A DNA stretch of 64,000 nt from Phoronis australis (taxonomy: Eukaryota; Animalia; Phoronida): NCBI GenBank assembly GCA_002633005.1, contig NMRA01000405.1, positions 84,702 to 148,701 on the forward strand, read 5' to 3'. Made by a program: the position numbers and the translations under genes. A model generated the notes under the pieces. It worked only from the letters and a program-made list of their open reading frames with translations, did no database searches and had not been told where the DNA came from. Every line of letters begins with the position of its first letter. Position 1 is the first letter of the stretch. Of the stretch, positions 11,946-23,047 are shown in pieces.

Positions 11946-12336
11946 AATAAGTTATAATTATTCACAGTTTGTAATAATGTCGGTTTTTTATGCTTGTGTA
12001 CAATGAAAACGAAATAGAAATTAGTTTTAGACATGCCAAATTTACCCAGTACACCAGAGGGTCTACGAGCGCACAGAAACTGATTCTGGTTTGTATTTTC
12101 ACATGAGTCTATCTGCTTCATATCCAAAATCTTATTTCACGTAGTGCGTAGTTAAATCTGTACCCAATACTTGTTTCTTCCAGTGAGTACTACAGAACGG
12201 TGCGAAAACCCTTCCTTGACAACCTCTCGCAGCAGTTGACCACCAGATGTGTAAACTACACGTATGAGCAACCACTGGGGATTAAAACGTGTCTAGAGAG
12301 AAGTTTCAATTCAAAATTTTTTCAAAGTACGCTTTA

Positions 12337-12630
12337 GGTCTCACGACGGACCAGGCCAGCTTGATTTGTGTAGATATCGAGTTTCAATGTACTTCTGGTC
12401 CCTCGGCGAACTAGTCTTGTGATGTTTTTTACCAAAGTGTGCTTTGTAAAACTATTTATCTCAGCCAGTACTGTTTGGTCCCGCGACAGATCGACTATTT
12501 TTATAGGGATGATAAGCACAGGTGTACTTTTGGTCTCGTGACGGACCAGGCCAGAGTTTTTGTGTACTCTCAGTGTACATCTGGTCCCTCTACGAACTAC
12601 TGCTGTATATCTTTTCACCACGGTGTAGGC
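12337..12630 (+). repeat. Diverged direct duplication, period ~195 bp
   Basis: GGTCTC..GACGGACCAGGCCAG...TGTAC.TCTGGTCCCTC..CGAACTA occurs at ~12337 and ~12532. Confidence 0.8.
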
Positions 12631-13052
12631 CTACATAGTTTTTTGGTTTAGTGAAACTGTTTTCAGATGATATGTTTCCTGATAAATTTGATGTTTTTCA
12701 ATTGTTGTCAACGTGATTCAGCTTAACAAAGTTATTCTTAATTGTTTGTTGTTGCTTTTGAGACTATATGAGCTGAGAGCACCAGTCGTTCGCCAGTTCT
12801 TCTCGTAACAAGACAGAACACATGCTTATTTCCGGACTAACATTACAGGTCTTCATTCTTAAACAGCTTGAGGCTGTTGCGATCATCTGATATTCAAGTT
12901 TTTACGCCTCGTGGGTGCTCCTTATGCTCTTCAATGTTTGGTAGTTGTCTAAACCCCTGTATACACACCACACTTTTTCGTATGCCAAAAAGGTGTGTGT
13001 AAGCAGCGCGTGCCCTGGCCTAACTGAAGCTGGAGCCCATAATAATCGTGGC

Positions 13053-13735
13053 GGCAACTTGGCCCGTTCCGCCTACTCGGCTCTTCAGGTTGCAGGACCA
13101 GGGCACGCGCTTCCTCCGGCAGCTTGGACCGTCCCGCCTACTCGGCTCTGCAAGTTGCGGGACCAGCACTGCCTCCGGCAGCTTGGCTCGTCCTGCCTTC
13201 TCGGCTCTACAGGTTGCGGGACAGTTATAGGGAACGCGCTGCCTCTGGCAGCTTGGCCCGTCCCGTCTACTCGGCTCTGCATATTGCGAGACTAGTAGGG
13301 CACGCGTTGCCCCGGCATCTTGGCCCTACCTGCCTACTCGGCTCTGCAGGTTGCGGGACTAGGGCACGCGCAGCCTCCGGCAGCTTGGGCCGTCCCGCCT
13401 AGTGCTGGGCTCCAGCTTCAGTTAGGGACAGGGCACGCGCTGCCTACCGCGGCAGGTTGGCCTGCACCACCTACTCTGCTCCGGCTACAGAGGGACAGGG
13501 CACGCGCTGACTCCGTCAGCGTGACCAGTCCCGCCTACTCGGCTACGGCTACAGAGGGACGGGGCACGCGACACCTCCGGCGGCTCGGTTCGTCCCGCCT
13601 ACTCGGCTCTGTTCGCCGGGGACGGGGCACACGCCGCCTCCTGATGCTCGGCCGTCCCGTCCACGTGGCTCATGGGAAGCGGCGCACGCTGCCTCCGGCC
13701 GCTTAATTAGTCAGTCCCGCCAACCTACGTGGCTC
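13053..13735 (+). repeat. GC/CpG-rich minisatellite, ~10-11 units of ~64-69 bp
   Basis: Consensus approximately GGGCACGCGCTGCCTCCGGCAGCTTGGCCCGTCCCGCCTACTCGGCTCTGCAGGTTGCGGGACTA, with unit starts near 13100, 13230, 13298, 13362, 13431, 13498, 13562 and 13626. Confidence 0.9.
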
Positions 13736-13779
13736 TTGGTAAGCATCGCGTGCTTTCTCTTGTGGCGTTGGCGGCGTAT

Positions 13780-13884
13780 TAGCCCCCCAGCCCCGTTGCG
13801 GTGCACTGCCTATAGAACATGAGCGGAAAAAAGGGGGTGGGGCTATAGCCCCCCTCCCCAGTCCCCTGTGGTGTGCCGCCCATG
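13780..13884 (+). mobile_element. Probable right terminus of a hAT-like element
   Basis: Palindrome GGGGCTATAGCCCC (13839-13852) and C-runs end in ...GCCGCCCATG, followed by an abrupt switch to AT-rich DNA. The matching left end was not found. Confidence 0.4.
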
Positions 13885-14562
13885 GCATGTATTGCTGTAT
13901 TTTATTTGACCGATTGTGTCATTTCTTAAACCGCTTGACTTTGCCTGTCATTAAAAGGATGCCAAACACTTTTTTGGCCTGTTAACCCATACTAAAAACA
14001 ATTTTCCCATCCAGTTCTCTGAAACAAAATAATGCTCTGTAACCTTCAAATTCATCAAGCACCACAAAATCCAATTGATGAGATAGGATGTATGATTTTT
14101 TTTAATTGATTCCTGCTTTTAACTTGGAATATTGAGACTAACGATGCATTAGCAAGTAACAGAACAAGGATTGGTTGAATCTAAAAAAAGATTTGTAAAT
14201 ACTTTATTTACATTACAGATTGTTAAAAATATATTCATCTTTGTGTCGTCTTTAGTCTGTAATTGAGGAATGAAAATGGCATCGATTACGGTAAAGTCGC
14301 GCGATTTTCGGACGGCCCGCCATTTTGGGACAAGAATAAAGATTTCCGAAATGAGTTTTTCATAGTCCACGAAATTCGTATAAGGTCCAAAAACTGTTTT
14401 CCAATGATCCTAACATCCTTACATCTGAGCCGGCCCAAGTCCCAAGAGCCCAGTACATTTGTATTTACTTCGCAAGCAAGTAGCGACATCTATTTTCATG
14501 CGCCACGCCGTGTTTCCTTGTTAACCAGCTATTTAGGTCATCAAGAGATACACATAGTCTAG

Positions 14563-14570
14563 TGACGTCA
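14563..14570 (+). promoter_or_regulatory. Full palindromic CRE (TGACGTCA) at the putative promoter of the plus-strand gene
   Basis: Exact TGACGTCA in a CpG-containing patch about 125 bp upstream of a consensus donor CTG|GTAAGT at 14695. Confidence 0.5.
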
Positions 14571-14574
14571 TCGT

Positions 14575-14694
14575 AACAAGTGCCTTCGTTCGGTTCTGTC
14601 TGAAAGTTTTCGTTTGTCGTTTACTATTCAAAAGTGTTAAAACACTTACATTAGTGTCTTAGAATAGCGCCGATATATGAGAGGTTACACACTG
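14575..14694 (+). other. Putative first exon of a large plus-strand gene (product unknown)
   Basis: Follows the CRE and ends at ACTG|GTAAGT. Downstream DNA is T-rich on the plus strand with well-formed plus-strand micro-exons at 34653, 47606, 60085 and 61412. Confidence 0.5.
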
Positions 14695-16242
14695 GTAAGT
14701 TTGGCATTTCTCAGTCATCTTTCTATTTGAAGTTGGTTCATTTCAATACTTGGATATTTTGGTTCCCACGGTCAGCACTGCTTCTTATGTGCCACTGGTC
14801 ACCGAATCGAATGAGTAAATGACCTCGTAATTTTTATCGTCCCCCAAGTAAAAGGACTTTGCCTTGTAATGGGTGTCAGCTGTATATACGTTTTGTACTA
14901 GAGAGGTAACAGGGGACTGTAGTCTGACCATATGCTGTATGTTTCATTAAAAGTTCAATTGATTACCTTCGTCAGGTGTGACTGCCCAATTAGTCTGCCC
15001 CTGGACCTGGTGACCTGATGGATAATAGTCGACAGCAGGTTGGGTTCCTTTTCGTACTAATGACAACTTGATCCATGACAACTTGTGCTCAGGTTTATTT
15101 GTAGTCCATTGCTATAATTCATAATTGGCTTAATTCTCATCGCCATTTACTTATACACCAACAATCGAGCTGTTGCAACACCATGACACAAATCGGATAT
15201 AGCAGTCCCTCATTTAGAGAACCAAGTGTCATCCACTGAATAATGGGCCCATTGCTGGTTATCTAAATCAGGTTCGCTATGTGCGATCAGTGCTTACTGC
15301 ATCTGGTATTTCTTCCCATTAAAAATTAAAAACTACTCATTTAAATATACTGTGAATAACATGGAATGAAGCCTGCATGTATGCGCACTGAGTTATAATT
15401 CATACATACCTTGGCAATTTAGTAAACCTAAATTTGAAAAGACACCATCTTGAGGGAAGTGACAAGAAATCATGCTAGTTCATGAACAAAAAGTCTTAGG
15501 GACACAAACCTTACAAATTCTTCCGGTAGATGGCATTTCAGCAACAAAACGTGCTACGCTTCTGTTGTTGTGGCCTGACCAAGGAATTCTTTGTTCTACC
15601 TAGTGTGACGTTGCTAGCTTATCAGTGCTCATTGCGCTCAATGAAAAAGTTAGAGCAACCAAAAAGCAGATTCCATCTCAATTCCTATATAGGTCTACTG
15701 GTACATGCTTTATCGAGGATCTGCATAGAACTAGAAAAGATTGCTGAAAAAGTATCAAGTGCTTTTATAAGTGACCTTGTTTTTAGTGTGAAATATGTTT
15801 TGGACAAGGTAAAAACTTCCAACGTAGTAGCCATTCTATTGCTACCACCGTTTAAGATATGTCGTTAAGTTTAAGTGTCGTTAAGTTTAAGTGCGTATAT
15901 AGCGGGATAGTGAGCATTGTTGCCTCAATGACAGACCAGTAGGGGTGACATGAAACCATTTTTCATAAATATGACATAATTGTTTTAAATTGTTACTTAA
16001 TACAAAATAAAACTGCTTTGAATACTTGTATAAATTAATATGGGTTTGAGTTGACTTGGGCACAAATTGGTAACTGCATTTCCTAATATGACATGTTCGT
16101 TAGAAGATTTTGCCAACAAAATTTCTAGTTAGCCTCCGTTATTGTCATTTTGCTTCAGATTAAAGGGAAACTTGCAAGACAATTATGGGGAGGGTCACCC
16201 ATCTGCTAGCCTCAGCAAGAGGGAGAAGTACTGATAGGGGAC

Positions 16243-16632
16243 CTGTAGGGATTCATCCAGAATTTCAAAAAGAGGGTGTCCAAAATGGGTTTCCCAATTT
16301 CTCATATGACCAATGACTCATGACTGCATTTTTGCGACCCCACCTCATGTTGCTGTTTTTGTGTTGTATGCTACCATGGAAACATGTGTCTGCAATAAAG
16401 CTTATTATACCCTACATCGCAGCTTTACTAACATTTTTATTCTAGACAGGCTAATCAACTCCCAGAGCTTCTGTTAACACGTTAAAAGAGACACCAATGC
16501 TTACTTTCTTACTTTACTTGGGTACCTCAATGCTGTGCAGGTCATCCAAATGCTTAACATTGCATCTTATCAAAGGTGCCAGGGTGCCCAAATGGACACC
16601 CTAGACACCCGCTAGATGTGAAAGCCTTTGGG
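16243..16632 (+). mobile_element. hAT-like MITE family, copy 1 (related copies at ~21976-22312, ~39745-40202 and inverted ~56161-56255)
   Basis: Shared motifs GGGTGTCCAAAATGGGTTTCC, ACAGGCTAAT...CTCCCAGAGCT and GG(G)CG/TGTCCAAATG, with termini resembling CAGGGG... and ...AGGCCTG. Confidence 0.5.
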
Positions 16633-17587
16633 CCTGTCTCAGGTACGATGTGACCTGTTCCCTGGAATGCCCCCTGGGCTGGCCCTGGCCAACTTTCCTT
16701 CAACTGCAGTGGGTGTAATGTTATATGGTGTTTGCATTGTGAGAGTACAGATGTGTAGTTCGCTTGACCCATTTCCTAATTCTGATATATAAGGTGAGTC
16801 AAACCGACAGAGACAAAACACAGTTTCATTCGTTTGCACACAACTTTTTGAGATGGACAGTTTTGTGTGTATCGCTGGTGTATCCCAATGTCCAACAGCA
16901 GCAGTTGGATGGTAAGATGGCTGCAAGGTATTTAGTGATCTAAATAAAAAACTGCATTGTCTACAATGTGCCGATGTTTTATACGACTCTTCCATGGAAA
17001 GTCTGATGTCAATCTAGCTCCCTTTGTGTTTACCCGATCGTTTCTTGGCGTAGCCCTTCATTCTTTGCTTCCAAAGAATTTTGTTTTACATACCCATGCT
17101 TGTGTTAAAGGCTGTGTAGGACTATAAAAATGGCCAAATTTGGCAGACTTGGGAAATCATATTTTAGAATCTATTGATTGGGTTCATATGAAACGTTCTG
17201 ATACAATGCTTTATGCACTATTGTCAAAAATGGTTTTAAGAATTGTTTTAACATTGTTCGTTTTTTGTGAGGAGCTTTAAAAATAGTGCTTTTACGATTT
17301 TCATGAAAAATCTTTAAAGTTGATAAAACGAAAACAAAATAGTATTTTAGAAACCTGTAACAGCTTCTCTGATACCTCACCTTGAATATTTATCAATTAG
17401 TAAAATTTGATCGTGTGATTGATACCTTTATTTTGCTATCAATGTACCTTTCTTTTTTGCTAAAATTTTACCAAAAAGACATTGTAACGTCACCCAATTA
17501 ATAACAGCTTGCTAAAAAGTCAAAAATCAAATTCCACAGCCTTTCTACTTTCAGAAAATATATACTTTTGCTATATATACTTTTACT

Positions 17588-17837
17588 GAGGAGGTAGTGC
17601 GGCCTGGTTGATAAGTGCCCGCTTTCTTTACTCGAGGTCGTGGGTTCGAGTCCCATCAGGTCACACTGCTAAACCCTTGAGCCAGGTTTCTAGCTCCTCA
17701 GCTCGGTTTTAACCATATATTGATAAAGCATAAAAATATTTCCTGGTGATCAGTGCAATGGGCCCACATGCGAGGCCTGCGCACGTCTGGTACAACGTGT
17801 ATCAGACCGCCTGCAATTATTTTTTATATTATATATA
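17588..17837 (+). mobile_element. tRNA-derived SINE, copy 1
   Basis: Pol III A box (GGCCTGGTTGATAAG) and B box (GGTTCGAGTCCC). Nearly identical to 26109-26359, with an AT-rich tail. The target site TATATACTTTTACTGAG is present on both sides. Confidence 0.9.
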
Positions 17838-17954
17838 TATATACTTTTACTATATACTTTTACTATATACTTTTACTATATACTTTTACTATATACTTTT
17901 ACTATATACTTTTACTATATACTTTTACTATATACTTTTACTATATACTTTTAC
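17838..17954 (+). repeat. Nine perfect copies of the 13-bp unit TATATACTTTTAC at the SINE 3' end
   Basis: Counted directly. The unit equals the sequence immediately 5' of the SINE (17574-17586). Confidence 0.95.
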
Positions 17955-18968
17955 TGAGTTAAAATTTATTCTTTTCTAGATATTTCGTTAACTGCACAGT
18001 CTTGTCATCCTACACAATCTTAACGCCCACCCTTGATTTCTGATGTTCTCCAATTTAAGCAACCTGGGCTGCAGCCCAGGCAAGTACCTACTTCCCAGAT
18101 CAGACCTGATTTAACTGGCCCATAATTAACGCTTGTTTACAAACTCTCCTTATGATTTAAACCGCAGCATAACATATAAAACTGATATCAACTTGCCACC
18201 TAAGGCCACTATGCTTAGGAGCTGAGCTGTCTACCTCAGGTAGTGAATGATAGCTGAGCTGACAGTCGAGGTCAAGGTGTGAAAATATCATAATTGGCCA
18301 CTTGTTCATTCAATTGTTCTCTCCTTTTCAAGAACTGTCAGCCCAGCTATAATTCACTCAGTCAGACAACTGAACTGGTGGTGTCTCTCTGTTTGGGTTG
18401 GCTCTTATTCAGATGAGGCCTGATAGTTTGTTGTTGTCCAAGGCCATGTTTGAGAGTCCCGGGTTGGGGGGAGGCTAAGATTACATTCCTGTTAAGCCAA
18501 GCTGTTGAAAATGGTCCAAAGTAATGAAGGCGTTCCAGTCTGTTCCAGTTCTTCCCAAACCTCTAATCTGAATAAAGAACAGTTTCTGAATCTAACCTTG
18601 TGTGTTGAGGTGAGGCGGCTCCAAAGTAGACCTGTTAGTTGGCTTCAACACATGGACCTTGTTAAACTGATTATCAACTGTTATGTAAGCTGGTAGACAT
18701 GGCCATTTGTCTGTCTGCTGACTTGGGTAGTTCTGTTTCTAAATTGGTCTTTTAGACTGAAACATGCCACCATATTGTTTTCATTTGACATGATGTATAA
18801 GTACACTTCAGTTTATGTTGCTAGTAAGTTCATTATAGATTTTCCAAGTTAAATTTGTGTTTTTTGTGCACAGCAGCATTGATTGACATTTTCTTTCTCT
18901 TTTTTGATCATTTCTTGCACTGTTTTATGCTGCTTGCTTTGATCATGTCATTTTGACATGGGCATTTA

Positions 18969-20443
18969 CCATATTCACCCTAATAAACACCCATGCCCCT
19001 TTAAGCACCCCCATGCATTCTCAGACTTCGCTGAAAGGTAAGTGCCCAACCCATAAACGTGAACATGCAAAAATGATTTACCCACAGTGGTAAAATTCTA
19101 CAGTAAAATGTCTTTAATTTATCAACAAGATCTGGCCCACCTGAAAAATCATGCACACAGAATTTCCATAACACCAACCTCGCCGCAATGTCGATATTTA
19201 ACCGTCACTGTACTCTTCAAACTTCCGCTGTGCTTCAAAAGGGACGCTAAAGGTTTGCTGATCTCACTATGGTCTGGCCTGTCACAACAGACACAGCGTA
19301 TGCTTACTTTTCAACAGGATTGAATTTTTCATGTACACTTTCTAATTCTTCTCCCTCAACAGGATTCCAAATTTCTTTGTACATGTCAAAACCAGGAATC
19401 GAAGACTGGTCAAAGCTTGGCATTTAGGTTATGACTGTCTCAAATAAAAAAAACTTGGTGTTAAAGGCAGGTGGCCAGGAAGCGTGGGGTACATATCGCA
19501 GACATTATTAGTCTTCGAAACCTATTTATTAATGAAAAAATGGGTAGCATAGCATTCGAAATGACAAGAAATATATACTGGCACTAATTTCCGAAAGTGT
19601 CTAATACTATAAAAAAGTTTCGCATTATTTTTAAGAGGAATTATTTAATAAGCAATAATTGTTGTTTTCAAATCAAATCTCAGATAAATGACGAACTGGA
19701 TGTGAAAGCTTCGCCATCCTTACACCCCAAATCTCCCGGAAAATAACTGTCAGACTGTCGCACATCCTGTCACCCGGTGACTCTATGACATTATATTGGC
19801 CTTACCGAGACAATTCTAGAATGTTCTAATAGGAGATGATACCAGCAAGTACTAAATAAAACACATTCTTCTTTGCAGTTAGTGTTAATTTCTTTAGTTG
19901 CAATGCGCACGTAGATCTTTACATTGCGTTTATATCCCGCAAATGAACTCTGGTGACACGGGCTTGCTCACTCACATACGCAGACAAACTTCAAAACAAA
20001 TGTCACGTGACAACAACTTGTGTGTTCATCCAGAGATTTTCTTGTGTTTTGGGGTACGATCTTGCACAGATTTGGACTTACCTGCTATTCGACTTAGCAG
20101 GAACTTAAAAACTCAGGGACGCTATTTGAAAAACTTGAGGATTTCAGGCAATTTGTTGATGGAGTCGAAAGTGTATTTTTATTCAAGTTGCCTAATTGAT
20201 GATCGCAAGGCAGTGATGCATCAGTTGGCAAATTTTTGGCCTTGGGATTTCAGCACAATTTTCTGTAAAATGATTGTTATTTAATTACAAAGTTTGATAG
20301 CAATACACTGCAGTTTTGTAGAAAGTTGGCCATAGGTTACCGATATGTCACAGAGGATAAATTTGATAATCCCTAGCTTCTGATTTCACCCGTTTTGAAA
20401 CGAATTTTTCTAAACGTCCGGGTGCTTATTAGGGCGAATATGG
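18969..20443. mobile_element. Complete ~1.47-kb Tc2/pogo-like non-autonomous transposon carrying a HIRAN gene remnant
   Basis: TA|CCATATTCACCCTAATAAACACCC ... GGGTGCTTATTAGGGCGAATATGG|TA: 24-bp TIRs with 2 mismatches and a TA TSD. CCGTA-type termini resemble C. elegans Tc2 and vertebrate Kanga. Colinear with 43199-44310. Confidence 0.85.
19098..19423 (-). pseudogene. Stand-alone HIRAN-domain gene, disrupted copy
   Basis: Reads MPSFDQSSIPGFDMYKEIWNPVEGEELESVHEKFNPVEK.., then across indels YAVSVVTGQTIV..ISKPLASLLKHSGSLKSTVTVKYRHCGEVGVMEILC..FSG..DLVDKLK. This matches the 'RGyHvY..iW.P..GE.L...rE..N..D.yAV.V......VGHlPr.iS' pattern of HIRAN. Confidence 0.75.
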
Positions 20444-21780
20444 TATGTCGGATTTGGGTTTTACTGGAATGGTATGATGCAAGCAACCGGATTAGAAAAA
20501 CAAAAGTTGCATGTATTGAGATTTTTTAACAGATCTCACTTTTTATGAATCCTTGTAAAACTGACATTTTCACACCAGCCATCATTTTGTAAGTGTTCGT
20601 CCTGTGGTTGTCTGTCGACAAAGTCCTTGCATTTCAGGGACTTTCTGTGGCACTGATTAGGTCTCAGGTTGCGGAACACATTTTACTTCTTTCAATTGCC
20701 ATTTCCTGGTTTCCAAACAACACTAATTGATAATTGATCACATGTCTACAGTGTTCCGTTTTATTCAAGATTTAACACTGTGTCTTCACAGTCACTTTTT
20801 TCGCAGTGTTCATGTCCAATGCAGTCTGCAGCTGGCAATTCTTTGTCTATTTACCACACAAATTTCTCATCAAAAATGAAGATTAAGAACATTTGTGTAC
20901 ATGTCTTTAATTAAACAACATTTGGTGAAACAAACATTTTCTGCAACAAGGTAGTGATTCTTAAAAATTACTCAAAATGGACAATTTTGGCAATTAGTTT
21001 GTGCGAAATAACTGAAATATTACCCTATCCATGTCTAATTTCGACATACACTGATTTTCTCCAAGGCAAGTATAGGTAGGTACCTGGAGGTATGGTTGAT
21101 GTATTTATTTCAAGACTCTCCTCACAGGACTCTCCTCAGGCCGTTTTGCTGTACCTCTTTTAATTCCAGCAGTTGACTTTGCGCCTTGGTTGAAGTCTCC
21201 CGCCTTCTTTTCCTCCCTATATAAATTTGTTTTGTCTGCTAATGCTTACATCCCCTAATATCCCGCTGTGCAGTGTCCAAAATCCATCTCTCCATTATTC
21301 TTTCCTGCCTTCACATTAGAAATACAACAAAGTTTTACCACAATGGAGGACTTACTCAAGCTCTTATTTCCAAAATTTTATTGGGTTAGACTTTCAACCC
21401 CCCTGGAATGGGCAAACTCCCTCCATTCTCAACCCCAAACGACCTTTGTTTGTGCGGTCTTCAAACACTGGATTACATTTTCACCTTTTAATTTTTGGAA
21501 GTAAATGCTGACATGAACCTGCCTTCATTATAATTAACTTTGTTAAATCCCTGCTGCAAATCAAAGGATTTATAATGTGCTTCTTGTAAACTATTTACTG
21601 TTAGTGATTCCGGATTTTTAATCTGTTAAAGTCATGCTAATAAATGAAACTACATCATGTAAATGAGCCTAAGATAAATCAAAAGATTTTATTTATGTGT
21701 TGCTTTTATTCTGCTGTTGTGCTAAAAATTAACTCAGCAGAATTGTGCGTCACACGCAGATGCAACATGGATGTGTTACT

Positions 21781-21945
21781 TATTAATGTAATATTTACAA
21801 TGAGGGTAGCCCCATCAGTTCACACTGCTTTCCATGGGGGCCCTCAGTAAACAACAAACAGATAATAAGACAAAAACAGAATTACAAAATGAAAGATGAA
21901 TTTAAGTAATAAGCAAAGAATAAGAAATTAAAATGGAAAGACTGA
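21781..21945 (-). mobile_element. 3' end of a CR1/L2-type LINE (5'-truncated)
   Basis: The minus strand reads CTGAGGGCCCCCATGGAAAGCAGTGTGAACTGATGGGGCTACCCTCATTGTAAATATTACATTAATA, a terminal stem-loop plus AT tail. Near-identical to 56617-56683. Confidence 0.65.
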
Positions 21946-22641
21946 TGAAGGTTACTGTGTGGATGTAACTAGGGTCAGGGGTTCATCCGTGATATCAATA
22001 ATAGGGCATTCAAAATGGGTTTCCGATTTCTTAGGGCATCCATGACCACTGATGCAGGAGTGTAAAATAGCTGTTTTAGTGTGGTACCAGTATGTTGCAG
22101 TGGAGACATGGGTCTGCCATCTTTACATGTCATCATATCTTGACTAACTTTTTTTATTCTTTACAGGCTAATTGTCTCCCAGAGCTGCATTTAGTGAATT
22201 GAAAAATATGAACATTCAAATTTTGAACAGGGCGTCCAAATGCAGAATAGGGTGCCCTAGCGAGGGTGTCTGAATTTGAATCGGTGTATGGACGCCTGCT
22301 AGAGGGAGGCCTGATGAAGGTCTTTTTCAATTTATAGCACCCCCTCTCTGTTTTTCTTTGTTCGAAGTTTTTAAGTGCTTGCAGTAGTTTGTTTTTGTCT
22401 TATGTTTGTAGGCACATAACCTATTGTGTCCCGTTGTTTACAATAACAACACTGCGTTTCTAAGAAAAAAATGACTTAAATCACACCAATTTACCACCTG
22501 CTGAATTGATTTGTTAAATAGTAAAATAGCCGTATTCATCTGCTGATAACTGTTGTTTTATTTGAATGGATTTTTTGCACAAATTTATGCAGAATAAAAA
22601 CTTATGTGCCATTGCTGATGTTTCTCAAGTGTTTTTTGAGG

Positions 22642-23047
22642 ATTGGCAGTGAGTGGCAAGCTTGGTGTCGCGTTGTAAAGCCCGTCATTGGCAGTGAGTG
22701 CCAAGCTCAGTGTCACATCGTAGAGCCCTCATTTGCATTGAGTGCCAAGCTTGGTGTTACATTGTAAAGCCCCTCATTGACAGCGAGTGCCAAGCTTGGC
22801 GTCACATTGTGAAGCCCCTCATTGGCAGTGAGTGACAAGCTTGGTGACACATCCTAAGGTCCCTCGTTGGTAGTGAGTGGCAAGCTTGATGTCACATTGA
22901 AAAGCCCCTCATTGGCAGTGAGTGCCAAGCTTGGTGTCTAATCGTAAAACACCTCATTGGCCGTGAGTGCCAAGCTTGGTGTCTAATCGTAAAACACCTC
23001 ATTGGCTGTGAGTGCCAAGCTTGGTGTCACATCGCAAAGCCCCTCAT
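22642..23047 (+). repeat. 45-bp minisatellite, 9 copies
   Basis: Unit approximately ATTGGCAGTGAGTGCCAAGCTTGGTGTCACATTGTAAAGCCCCTC, with starts at 22642, 22687 and so on. Contains the palindrome CCAAGCTTGG. No unique spacers. Confidence 0.95.

Noticed and set aside
12945-13888. Several overlapping 60-128 aa ORFs
   Set aside because: They are by-products of a GC-rich tandem repeat that is open in multiple frames on both strands.
17588-17665. Functional tRNA gene
   Set aside because: The A/B boxes are followed by a ~170-nt body and tail shared with a second TSD-flanked copy, and the cloverleaf is incomplete. It is a SINE head.
17746-17979. Tyr/Phe/Thr-rich ORFs
   Set aside because: They are translations of the SINE tail and the 13-bp tandem repeat.
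22690-22800. pUC/M13 polylinker contamination (GTGCCAAGCTTG)
   Set aside because: The match is only ~12 bp, is repeated with variation inside a minisatellite, and has no other vector sequence beside it.
22642-23047. CRISPR-like array with palindromic repeats
   Set aside because: The intervening sequences are homologous to each other, so there are no unique spacers. There are no cas genes and the context is eukaryotic.
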